Of a DNA stretch of 20,000 nucleotides, positions 1 to 8,614 are shown in pieces. Position 1 is the first letter of the stretch; the number at the start of each line of letters is the position of its first letter. The notes beneath the pieces were generated by a model. The model saw nothing but the letters and a program-made list of their open reading frames with translations, was not told the origin of the DNA and did no database searches. A program made the translations under genes and the position numbers. Origin of the DNA: an uncultured virus (IMG/VR IMGVR_UViG_3300009500_000013) (Duplodnaviria > Heunggongvirae > Uroviricota > Caudoviricetes). Where the stretch lies: the IMG/VR virus record IMGVR_UViG_3300009500_000013; one strand, 5' to 3'.

Positions 1-3000
1 TCCTGCACTATACCAATCAATATTTTGCCAGTAATCAGTCGATCTATATTGTTCATTTGAAATTAACGTCCATTGTGAATTTCCTTGGTAAGTCCATAAA
101 CTCCAATAATTATTAAGTAATTCATCATTTAGTACTAATACTCTAGTTCCAGCACCAATACTTCCTATTAATAAATTCCTTGCTGCTCTTGTACTGACTT
201 CAATATCGTACATTGTAGAATCAGGAAGCGGATCATTAATTCTTAATAAACTATCCCAGTTAGTAATAGCTACTGCATTTACCAATGCTAATTGATTATT
301 AACTTTTTCTATGAAATTTCTTCTTGCAATAAGTCTATTACTAAAAAAGGTTTGACGAGGTCTAAAAGCTGTACCATATTTGATTACTGAACTTAATGTA
401 GGATCAGGAACTGTTAAATTTAAATCATCAAACCCTACTAAACTGTCTCTTAATTTATTCCATAAATCTATATACGGTGGAGTATTCTGATCTTCTTCCC
501 TTAATAATAACCATTGTTTATGAATTATACTATCATTAGCATTTTCATAAAACACAACTTGTAAAACGCTACTTTGATCATTTATAAAAGTATCTGCATT
601 ATAAATTATAAAAGCATTTATATCTATTGGAGCAAACCATACAATATTTTGATTTACAGTATTGGATATTAAGTTTGCTACGCTATTTGCATCTAATCTT
701 CGTTGTGGCAATCCATCTGGAATAGTTGTTGGTAATAATACCCAAAAATAATAAGTGGTAATATTACTATTACTGTTGCTATCATATTCAACAACTTGAG
801 AAAATGGTGTGTCGCCTTGATTATCTACATAAACCGTTCCTGATGGTCTATTAGTACCTGTTTGTTGCTGTGACAATACATAAGAAGCATAATTATCTGG
901 CGAAACTGGGCTTGCAGTCCATTCATAAATGTCTACTGAAACACCAGGAGCCAATGAACCCCAATTTTTTCTTCTATAATTTAAATCACCTTGTTCATAG
1001 TCTAAATATCTAGTTGTACTCAAATCCCACCATAATTGACCAAGCTGAGCTGCACCCCAAGAATTTGCTATATCAATATTATCATTAGTATTGATACTAT
1101 CCGTATAAAAAGCAGGGTCATTGTCTATTTTATAAGTTATTTCTTCATCTGCACTAGCAAATATTAATCCTTTTACTGGGTCATAAACCTGAACTTTTAC
1201 TTGATCAATATTAGTAATACTGTCATAGATATAAGTAGTATAGATTACGTCAGTATTAATTCTATCATTTTGTAATCTTTCTTCTCCCCAACCATCTGAT
1301 GAATAACTATAAACTGCCCATAAACTTAATTCATTGCTATCAACAAATGATAAATCATTTACTAACCATCCATTAAATGGAACAAAATTATCTCTTTCAG
1401 TTAATGAACTAAATCTAACTGGTTTTAAAACATAAACAAATGGCGAAACTAAATTACTGGTTAATGCTAAACCTGCATCAACTGTTACATTACCAGAAAC
1501 TGTAAAATTAGTACCTAAAGAATCACTAATAACTAATTGGTTACTTTGGCTAATACTTGCAGTAGTTGAGGAGTTTCCTGCATTTATTAAAGCATTGTTT
1601 ATATCACTAACTGTTTGTGTTATACCATTGCTAGTAAGAGTAACTATAATTGGTGTTTGGTTCGTTAATGTAATAGTTAAAGTATCACCAATAGTAAAAA
1701 CTGGATTTTCTATAGTTCCTTGAATTTCTGTACTATATATTATTCCTGTATCAATAGCAACATCAATACTAAATTGCGTGTTTAATAATGTTTGACTAGA
1801 ACTATTAGTATTTAAAACTTGTTGAACGCCTTGTAATTCTCCACTTGTAGCAGTAGAAGTTTGCAAAAACAATATATCATTTGGATTTAAATCATGAGGT
1901 GTCAAACAAGTAAAGATTGTTGGGTCACTAGGATTTTCTCCTATTTCAATACTTACAAGCTGAGCATCTTTGCATACTCGATAAACTGTCCAATCTTTAT
2001 CATCTTTTAATATTTGCCAAATAGTATCCCCATCATTAAATACTCCACCATTTTCTAATACTTGAGTCGAAAATAAATCAGTAAGAGCGGAAGTATTCAA
2101 AACAGTATAAGTAGTTTCATTTAACTGAACGTAACCAGCAGTTGGTAAGTCTCTACTTGTATCGTTTTGAAAATTTCTTAACGTAAATTGTTTATTTGTT
2201 GTATTATTGGTATTTTTTAATACCCAACGTGGATCATTAGGTAAAATATCTATATGGGTTGGGTCAGTATCTGCTATATTATTGAATTCTATAAGTTGTG
2301 GATTCGTAGTAAAATCACTTGGTCTAATCTGTAATTCAAAAGAGCTTTTTCTTTCTGTATTGCCATAACTATTTAACAAAAAAGCCCATTCTTCTAAAAC
2401 ATTAAATCCAGCAGTCTTAGTAATAAAATTGCTTCTTAAAATATTACTAAAACTTGGCAATGTTCCTTTGCTTTTGATAAAACCTAAATAATAATCAAAT
2501 TCAGTCTTATTATCTAGTAATAATCCATCCATATAATCAGTTTCAACATAACCAAGGGTATGTTGTGCTAAAGCATTCGTATCACCACTACTTGGTGAAC
2601 GATCAAAATCATAAAAATGTCTAAATTGATCTACACTAGTTTCAAAATTCTTTATTAACGTAGAATCTTGAACTAGAAACCCATCAGCTATTGGTTGTCC
2701 TAACCAATTAGTAGTTCTATCAACAAAAATCTGAAGTCGTGGCAATCTAATACCTAAAACTGGATTATAAATTAAATTTCCAAAATTAGTAGTATTATCA
2801 AGTATTAACGCATGTTCATATTCTTTTAAACTTAATCTTAAGCAATAGACACCTTGAACACTGGAATCATTTAATGTTATTTCAAAACTATTAGCATTTC
2901 TAGTAACAGTATATTTGTCATTTGAAATAGCAAATCCTAAGCGATCTAATACACCATAAACTCCATTAACAAACTCAGCAGTATTATCTACAAATCCTTG

Positions 3001-6000
3001 GGTAAAATTATAAACTAAATGATCACTTGCTGGACTAAATATTATTGCATCTCCAGCAGTTAATTGTATTTGACTCCATGATAAAAAGTCATTTGCTGCA
3101 CTAATAAAATCTTTTGGCCGTGAATTTACCGTATCATAATCAGCAAAAGACCATCCTTGTGATTCTAGCCATGCTTGATAGCCAACAAAAAAGTCATAAA
3201 CGCTTTGTCTAGTAGAGAAAGATGAATAATACAAAACATCTACTGATTCATTAGCAATTTGATAATTATTATTAACTGTAACATTTTTTACTGTTAATGA
3301 TGTAAAACTTGAATTTTGTACTGGTAATATTTTAAATTTTTGGGATACGCTATCATAACCGCTTATTCTGTAGCTAGTACCATCCCATATAACTATTACA
3401 GCACTATATATTGGTTGAGAAATACTAGCACCTTCATAAAGAATAGTGTTTATGTTTGCTGATGGGATTATACCAAAACTTTCACTATTAAGTTCAAGTG
3501 TAGTAGTGTCAATAAATGAAGCAGTTCTATATCCTAATTGAGCATTAAGATAAGTTTGCAAATATGCAAAATTGGCAGTTATATCTATATTTTTTGATGT
3601 TAAATAGTCACTAGACCATTGACTTATACCTTTTACGGTTACTAAATTACCCAAAGAATCTAATTGATTATGTACCAATAAGTCTATACTACCAGTTCTT
3701 CTCAAAAAATCAGTATTATATATTTGTCCATGATCTCTTGCTAATTTTCTAGCTTCCCAAAAAGTATCAACAAATCTAGCTGGCTTTGCTAAATATAACG
3801 CTTCACTTAAATCAAAAGAATAACTTGAGCTAGTAAACCATCTTGTTTCCACAGGAGAAAGATCACCAAAATTCCAGTTTGCTTGAGCATCTATAACATT
3901 GGGTACAGAATTTACTAATCCTAAACTAATTGGATCAATAAGGTTTCCTTGACTATCGACTGGAATAAAATTCAATAACCCTTCTCGAGAAAGATAATCA
4001 TAGGTTCCAGCTCTATTTCCTTGTTTAATCGTACCAGTAGACAAATCTGTCCACATGTAAAGATTTTGAGCTGTGTAAGGAGCAGAACCATACTCAGATT
4101 GCCACCATAACGGTTCTTGACTAAAGCCAAGCATTTCCCAAGGAGACGTATGGGGTCTAAATGTATCATAAAAATATTGAAATATACCCCTCCAATGTCC
4201 AGGAGAAGGTTTTCCGTTTGGTAATTTTGTATTACTATAGTTCCAAGTTAAAGGATTTCCTTGGTCAAAAGTAGTATTTAAGACAGTATCTAATCTGTTT
4301 GCTACTGCCCATCTATCATACCTTGGTTTTTGTATATTTAACCATTCTTCTCTTGAATAATCAGTAGTTCTCCAATATCCAGGTATAACCTCTAAGCTAT
4401 CAAATTCTAAAACCCTATCTGGATTACTATAGCTACTATCAATATTGTTGTATATTTGATTTTCTAATTCTAATATTACTTGATCTCTATAATCGTTATA
4501 TGCAGTGAATAAACTACCATCATGTCTTCTTATAACCATTGTAGCTGGAGTTTTTAGTGTATCAAGGAATATTTCTGGCGTATAAGTTTTAGTAACCCCT
4601 AAAACTGCTGCTGTAGCTGGTATATAATAAGTCTGTGATGTTGAATTACTGTTATAAAAAGGAAAACTTGAATTTTTTCCTAAATTTATTTGAGTTATAG
4701 CATCAGATAACCAAGTAGAAGCAGGGATACTATCTGTGTATCCTTGAGTAATAAACTGATTAAGTTTAATCAATAATTTACTAAAAAATGTCGTATATTC
4801 TCTATTTGAATATCTTATAGCATTAGTTAATTTTAAGTTATCTGAGCCAGTTAATAAACCAACTCTTAACATGCTGGCAGTATGATTTAAAATATTTGAA
4901 CCTAAAGAAAGGTTTCTTAAAGTATCTCTAAAGTTATTATTACCAAAAGCAGAGCCTACCAATGAAGTTTGTGCATTTATAATACTTGATAATTGTGGTA
5001 AAATTTCATTAAAAGTTTGAGTAACTATTCTTTGATTATTAGGATTGCTTTCAAGATTGAATGGAATTGAAAAATAACCATCATTAGTTACTGTTGGTAT
5101 AGTATCAGCATAAAGCTGAATTTCTAAAACATCATTAGTATTTAATGCCAATGAATCGCTAAGCATTAATACATTTTCACTTACATCATAATCTGTATTT
5201 TCTACTAATATGTTACCATTTAAATACACTCTTACGTTTGGCTGAAAAGCATTTATATTTTGATCTGGCGTTATAGCTAAATTATAACTTCTTTGGTACT
5301 CAACCAGATTTAAATTATCCAATATTGGAGTAATAACAAACTCTTGATTAACTGTTTGTCTGCTTGGTGAGGCATCACCATACCAATCATTTAAGTATTG
5401 GTCAAGCGTAGAATCAAAAGCGTTATTTTGATTTAAGCACCAATAATAACCTTTAATAATATTGGTTATTTCATTACTTACATAAGTATAAGCGTTATTT
5501 CCCAAATCATTATAAAAACTTATATCTCCAAAAGTATCAAAGGTTAAATTTATTCCTAATGTTGTATCTACAATATTTCCATTTGGAACGTAATTAAATA
5601 ATACTGAACCTGTAAAATTAGATTGTGGATATTTAATAGAATCATCTAACCTTATATTATCTATGTCATATAAAGAAAATAATGGTGGTTGGTTAGTTAA
5701 ATTTTTTGTTTGTCCTAAAATCCAAGCATTATTGTTATACCAGTAATATTGACCAGCATTTATTATGCCGCTTTTTATCCTTACTGTTTCGCCTTGTTGT
5801 GGGATTCCATTTGCATTTAATCCATCTTTAACAATAGATAATCCAATAACTCCTAACGTATTAATACCAAATACTCTATATATTATATTATTTCTGCTAG
5901 TATTAGTATCTCCAGTTAATAAAATAGTCATTCCTTCTACTAAAGGAACGCCATCAATACTATATGAACTTTTTCCAACTATATCAACTAAATTATCTTT

Positions 6001-6951
6001 AGTAGATAAAACATCTACATCTTGTCTTGCATATCTACCCCAATTATATAGTTCTAAATTTGGTAAAAACTCTATAATAGGTCTTGTTGCTTGAATAAAT
6101 GAACTATTATCACTGTTAACATTACCAAGAACATTTTTATGAAACCAGCGATTACTTCTGCTCCAAGCATTACCATTGTTACTATCTCTTCTTATAGTCC
6201 AGTATTGTGCTGGTGTTCCTTCACTATATCCATCATAAGGGGTTGAATCATAACTTGGTACGTCATATTGATTAGAAATATTATATATATTGTCATTTAT
6301 AAGACTAATTGAGTTTCCAACACCTTCTACTATAAAAGCAGTATTATTATATTCTGTATTAACATCTGCTGTAAATTGCACTTTCATACCAGAACTTAAC
6401 ACTAAACCACTTGGTGTAGTATATGATATTTGTCCAATTATATCAGTTACAACATCAGTAATATCTGTAATTATGTTTATTTGTGGTCCAATTTGTACCC
6501 AAAAGTAATTGGTAAAGTTAATAAACATATCAGGATTAATAGGCGGACACCATGAATAATATTCTTGACTAAACAATCTGCTTTCGTTTATAGTGTTAGC
6601 ACCGTCAAATTTTAAACTATTAACAATATCTGAATAAAATTCTGTAAAATTATTAGTATTTGTATTATCAACACTTACAACCGTAGGTTCTAACTGATAA
6701 TCATTTCTTTTTGCTGTTGGTTCCTGAATATAAAAATCTTCAGATGGATCATAATACAAACCATTTTTTTCACCAACAAATCCGCTTATACTTTCTAAAG
6801 AACTAGGTTGTATAAGTGTATCCGCTGTAACACTTAAAAATTTAGTTAAAGCACTGGTTTGTAGATATGCAGGTAAAAAATTACTAGACAATCTTCTGCT
6901 TGGCTGAGAAACCGTATTTGTAATTCTTGGAAGAAAATCTTTTGCAGCCAT
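1..6951 (-). CDS. Giant virion structural protein (large baseplate wedge-type, possibly T4 gp7-equivalent), 3'-truncated by the window edge; >2317 aa
   Basis: ATG at 6951 (MAAKDFLPRITNTVSQPSRRLSSNFLPAYLQTSALTKFLS...). The same frame is open in every block I translated, down to position 1 (...YWQNIDWYSAG). It is presumably absent from the ORF track because there is no stop inside the window. Trp-rich blocks recall giant baseplate proteins of jumbo myophages: GHWRGIFQYFYDTFRPHTSPWEMLGFSQEPLWW, KNFETSVDQFRHFY, WGAAQLGQLWWDLSTTRYLDYEQGDLNYRRKNWG. It lies divergent from the gp25/gp6 genes, with TAAATA upstream. Confidence 0.85.
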   Translation of the reverse strand, partial: MAAKDFLPRITNTVSQPSRRLSSNFLPAYLQTSALTKFLSVTADTLIQPSSLESISGFVGEKNGLYYDPSEDFYIQEPTAKRNDYQLEPTVVSVDNTNTNNFTEFYSDIVNSLKFDGANTINESRLFSQEYYSWCPPINPDMFINFTNYFWVQIGPQINIITDITDVVTDIIGQISYTTPSGLVLSSGMKVQFTADVNTEYNNTAFIVEGVGNSISLINDNIYNISNQYDVPSYDSTPYDGYSEGTPAQYWTIRRDSNNGNAWSRSNRWFHKNVLGNVNSDNSSFIQATRPIIEFLPNLELYNWGRYARQDVDVLSTKDNLVDIVGKSSYSIDGVPLVEGMTILLTGDTNTSRNNIIYRVFGINTLGVIGLSIVKDGLNANGIPQQGETVRIKSGIINAGQYYWYNNNAWILGQTKNLTNQPPLFSLYDIDNIRLDDSIKYPQSNFTGSVLFNYVPNGNIVDTTLGINLTFDTFGDISFYNDLGNNAYTYVSNEITNIIKGYYWCLNQNNAFDSTLDQYLNDWYGDASPSRQTVNQEFVITPILDNLNLVEYQRSYNLAITPDQNINAFQPNVRVYLNGNILVENTDYDVSENVLMLSDSLALNTNDVLEIQLYADTIPTVTNDGYFSIPFNLESNPNNQRIVTQTFNEILPQLSSIINAQTSLVGSAFGNNNFRDTLRNLSLGSNILNHTASMLRVGLLTGSDNLKLTNAIRYSNREYTTFFSKLLIKLNQFITQGYTDSIPASTWLSDAITQINLGKNSSFPFYNSNSTSQTYYIPATAAVLGVTKTYTPEIFLDTLKTPATMVIRRHDGSLFTAYNDYRDQVILELENQIYNNIDSSYSNPDRVLEFDSLEVIPGYWRTTDYSREEWLNIQKPRYDRWAVANRLDTVLNTTFDQGNPLTWNYSNTKLPNGKPSPGHWRGIFQYFYDTFRPHTSPWEMLGFSQEPLWWQSEYGSAPYTAQNLYMWTDLSTGTIKQGNRAGTYDYLSREGLLNFIPVDSQGNLIDPISLGLVNSVPNVIDAQANWNFGDLSPVETRWFTSSSYSFDLSEALYLAKPARFVDTFWEARKLARDHGQIYNTDFLRRTGSIDLLVHNQLDSLGNLVTVKGISQWSSDYLTSKNIDITANFAYLQTYLNAQLGYRTASFIDTTTLELNSESFGIIPSANINTILYEGASISQPIYSAVIVIWDGTSYRISGYDSVSQKFKILPVQNSSFTSLTVKNVTVNNNYQIANESVDVLYYSSFSTRQSVYDFFVGYQAWLESQGWSFADYDTVNSRPKDFISAANDFLSWSQIQLTAGDAIIFSPASDHLVYNFTQGFVDNTAEFVNGVYGVLDRLGFAISNDKYTVTRNANSFEITLNDSSVQGVYCLRLSLKEYEHALILDNTTNFGNLIYNPVLGIRLPRLQIFVDRTTNWLGQPIADGFLVQDSTLIKNFETSVDQFRHFYDFDRSPSSGDTNALAQHTLGYVETDYMDGLLLDNKTEFDYYLGFIKSKGTLPSFSNILRSNFITKTAGFNVLEEWAFLLNSYGNTERKSSFELQIRPSDFTTNPQLIEFNNIADTDPTHIDILPNDPRWVLKNTNNTTNKQFTLRNFQNDTSRDLPTAGYVQLNETTYTVLNTSALTDLFSTQVLENGGVFNDGDTIWQILKDDKDWTVYRVCKDAQLVSIEIGENPSDPTIFTCLTPHDLNPNDILFLQTSTATSGELQGVQQVLNTNSSSQTLLNTQFSIDVAIDTGIIYSTEIQGTIENPVFTIGDTLTITLTNQTPIIVTLTSNGITQTVSDINNALINAGNSSTTASISQSNQLVISDSLGTNFTVSGNVTVDAGLALTSNLVSPFVYVLKPVRFSSLTERDNFVPFNGWLVNDLSFVDSNELSLWAVYSYSSDGWGEERLQNDRINTDVIYTTYIYDSITNIDQVKVQVYDPVKGLIFASADEEITYKIDNDPAFYTDSINTNDNIDIANSWGAAQLGQLWWDLSTTRYLDYEQGDLNYRRKNWGSLAPGVSVDIYEWTASPVSPDNYASYVLSQQQTGTNRPSGTVYVDNQGDTPFSQVVEYDSNSNSNITTYYFWVLLPTTIPDGLPQRRLDANSVANLISNTVNQNIVWFAPIDINAFIIYNADTFINDQSSVLQVVFYENANDSIIHKQWLLLREEDQNTPPYIDLWNKLRDSLVGFDDLNLTVPDPTLSSVIKYGTAFRPRQTFFSNRLIARRNFIEKVNNQLALVNAVAITNWDSLLRINDPLPDSTMYDIEVSTRAARNLLIGSIGAGTRVLVLNDELLNNYWSLWTYQGNSQWTLISNEQYRSTDYWQNIDWYSAG
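1456..1731 (-). repeat. Copy 1 of a ~95-aa protein module shared with the gp6-like protein
   Basis: Translates TEIQGTIENPVFTIGDTLTITLTNQTPIIVTLTSNGITQTVSDINNALINAGNSSTTASISQSNQLVISDSLGTNFTVSGNVTVDAGLALTS, which aligns with 10427-10711. Confidence 0.85.
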
Positions 6952-6987
6952 CAGAAACCTAAATTAAATAATATTTTATATATTATA

Positions 6988-6993
6988 TATTTA
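6988..6993 (-). promoter_or_regulatory. Putative late promoter core TAAATA for the giant structural gene
   Basis: AAGTAAATATATAA on the minus strand; the core ends 36 nt before ATG 6951. It matches the core of the T4 late promoter TATAAATA. Confidence 0.6.
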
Positions 6994-7021
6994 CTTGCTA
7001 AAAAAGTCTATTTTTAAATTG

Positions 7022-7027
7022 TAAATA
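7022..7027 (+). promoter_or_regulatory. Putative late promoter core TAAATA for the gp25-like gene
   Basis: GTAAATA, 28 nt before ATG 7056. Confidence 0.6.
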
Positions 7028-7055
7028 TAATTTTAACTAATTTATATTAATAAAA

Positions 7056-7430
7056 ATGGCTTCTCCAATATATACTGGATTTAGTACTGTAAATGGCTAT
7101 CAAACTCTATATAACATTGATATAGTGAATCAGGATTTACTTAACAATTTTTATACTAGACGTGGCGAAAGACCAATGGATCCAAATTATGGTAGTATAA
7201 TACCTGATTTATTGTTTGAAAATAAAAGTGCTACTATAGTAAGCACTATCCAAAATGATATAACAAATATCATAGCAAACGATCCAAGAGTGCAATTACA
7301 AACTATGGAAATAGCTGAACAAGAAAATGGGTATGTTATTTTTTTAAGTTTATATTACATCCATACCAAAACTATAGGTGCATTGCGAGTAGAATTTAAT
7401 AATTCTATTGGAATTGTTAATCAACAGTAG
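7056..7430 (+). CDS. Baseplate wedge subunit, gp25/GPW family (sheath nucleator)
   Basis: 124 aa with the family signature DLLNNFYTRRGERPMDPNYGSIIPDLLFE...IIANDPRVQL; lies in a baseplate cluster. Confidence 0.92.
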   Translation: MASPIYTGFSTVNGYQTLYNIDIVNQDLLNNFYTRRGERPMDPNYGSIIPDLLFENKSATIVSTIQNDITNIIANDPRVQLQTMEIAEQENGYVIFLSLYYIHTKTIGALRVEFNNSIGIVNQQ

Positions 7431-7721
7431 TTTTAGTCAGTTTTGGCAATTTTGATATTTTATTCATTCTAAATATCATACAATGTCTGCTAAATTTATC
7501 ATCTGATGTTATTAATTTTAAATAATTTATAGAAGTTTCATCTAAATCAATAAAACTATAAGGAAATAATTTTTTATTTAATGGTTTACCTAAATAAAAA
7601 TAACCGCATAATGTTAATTATAAAGAACACCCTAGCACATCTTACACTGAAAATATAAAACTTTTTATAACGCTGCGTAAGGTGAGTAAAAAAGAAGAGA
7701 TATAACATCACTTAATTTCAT
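7417..7721 (-). pseudogene. Disrupted fourth member of the small 'YLxL' paralogue array
   Basis: 7617-7417 translates LTLCGYFYLGKPLNKKLFPYSFIDLDETSINYLKLITSDDKFSRHCMIFRMNKISKLPKLTKTTVD*, clearly similar to 7718..7936 (VYLVKPLKNDYPYGFYDLTMNDVNYLKLTNNPKCFNNH). An in-frame TAA lies at 7618-7620 and there is no start codon before the conserved part. Upstream ATGs at 7721 (ATGA overlap with the previous stop) and 7708 are in other frames. Confidence 0.7.
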
Positions 7722-7936
7722 TTGGGATAACCATTATTAACATAAATTTCAATCACATGATTATTAAAACATTTAGGGTTGTTAGTTAATTTTAGATAAT
7801 TAACATCATTCATAGTTAGATCATAAAACCCATAAGGATAATCATTTTTTAAAGGTTTTACCAAATAAACAGAAAAAGCTAATGCAATTTCATAATCAAA
7901 AATAAAAACATGATATTTCTCTTTTAACTTTACCAT
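7718..7936 (-). CDS. Small hypothetical protein, 'YLxL' paralogue 3 (72 aa)
   Basis: Motif DLTMNDVNYLKLT; overlaps the end of the upstream gene, consistent with an operon. Confidence 0.75.
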   Translation of the reverse strand: MVKLKEKYHVFIFDYEIALAFSVYLVKPLKNDYPYGFYDLTMNDVNYLKLTNNPKCFNNHVIEIYVNNGYPK

Positions 7937-8187
7937 AAATGATCTCTATTTTTCTGGGGCATTCTTTCTACATAATAGTCATCTCCTCTTTCATGGAAAT
8001 ATATATTTTTATTAAATATTTCTTGTGATATTGTTAATCTTAAATAATTAAAAGAATTTCTAGTTATGGTAAAATCACAAGGAATTGCATGATTTTCTCG
8101 AAAATTTATATTAAGATGATCGCAAATTTCTTTTACTAATTTTCTATCATAAACTATCATATCAAACATCATTAGACATATCCTCAT
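7930..8187 (-). CDS. Small hypothetical protein, 'YLxL' paralogue 2 (85 aa; the true start may be the internal MMFDM)
   Basis: Motif FTITRNSFNYLRLTISQEIFNKN; overlaps both neighbouring genes. Confidence 0.75.
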   Translation of the reverse strand: MRICLMMFDMIVYDRKLVKEICDHLNINFRENHAIPCDFTITRNSFNYLRLTISQEIFNKNIYFHERGDDYYVERMPQKNRDHLW

Positions 8188-8539
8188 ATTTAAAATTCGT
8201 AGCTAGTTGAAGATAATGAACATCATTAATAGAAATTATAGATTTATAGACTGGCAACTTTCCTATTTTTTTAAAAACCAAAGAACTATCGTAAATTTCT
8301 AAAAAATCCTTTATTTGCTTAAAACAAATTATTTTGCAAAGGGTTTTATCCATTTTTAATTCTTCAAAACTATAATGAATTCTTTTATATGCAAAAAATT
8401 TAACTGAATTTTGCTCTAATTCTCTAGTTGAAGCGGCACAATTTTTGCTGCAATGCAATGCCCACCCTCTTTTCAAATCTATAGGGCGTGCTAAAAATTT
8501 TTTAGAGCATAACTGACATTTAATTTTTATTTTTTTCAT
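8162..8539 (-). CDS. Zinc-finger protein (CxxC...HCSxxC) fused to a 'YLxL' domain, paralogue 1 (125 aa)
   Basis: The N-terminal CQLCSKKFLARPIDLKRGWALHCSKNCA resembles a common phage treble-clef/TRASH-like zinc finger. The C-terminal part has SIISINDVHYLQLAT. Confidence 0.8.
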   Translation of the reverse strand: MKKIKIKCQLCSKKFLARPIDLKRGWALHCSKNCAASTRELEQNSVKFFAYKRIHYSFEELKMDKTLCKIICFKQIKDFLEIYDSSLVFKKIGKLPVYKSIISINDVHYLQLATNFKYEDMSNDV

Positions 8540-8546
8540 AAAGGTT

Positions 8547-8575
8547 ACTCTAGCATATTTTTACTACTTTTTCAA
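8547..8575 (-). promoter_or_regulatory. Sigma70-type promoter (TTGAAA-17-TAGAGT, extended -10 TG), probably leaderless, for the paralogue array
   Basis: The minus strand reads TTGAAA AAGTAGTAAAAATATGC TAGAGT AACCTTT ATG: 17-nt spacer, TGn before the -10, ATG only 7 nt after the -10, and no Shine-Dalgarno. Confidence 0.55.
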
Positions 8576-8579
8576 GAGG

Positions 8580-8585
8580 TAAATA
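8580..8585 (+). promoter_or_regulatory. Putative late promoter core TAAATA for the gp6-like/KTSC unit
   Basis: GGTAAATA, 29 nt before ATG 8615. Confidence 0.6.
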
Positions 8586-8614
8586 GATAATATCATATTT
8601 AATAGGTTTATGCG

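Noticed and set aside
3972..4169. 65-aa minus-strand ORF in the track
   Set aside because: It is an alternative-frame ORF nested in a motif-rich part of the giant gene, with no RBS or recognisable features.
5765..6508. Plus-strand ORFs 5765..6094 and 6290..6508
   Set aside because: They are antisense shadows of the giant minus-strand gene, with the Ile/Leu/Ser/Pro-rich composition typical of reverse-frame artefacts.
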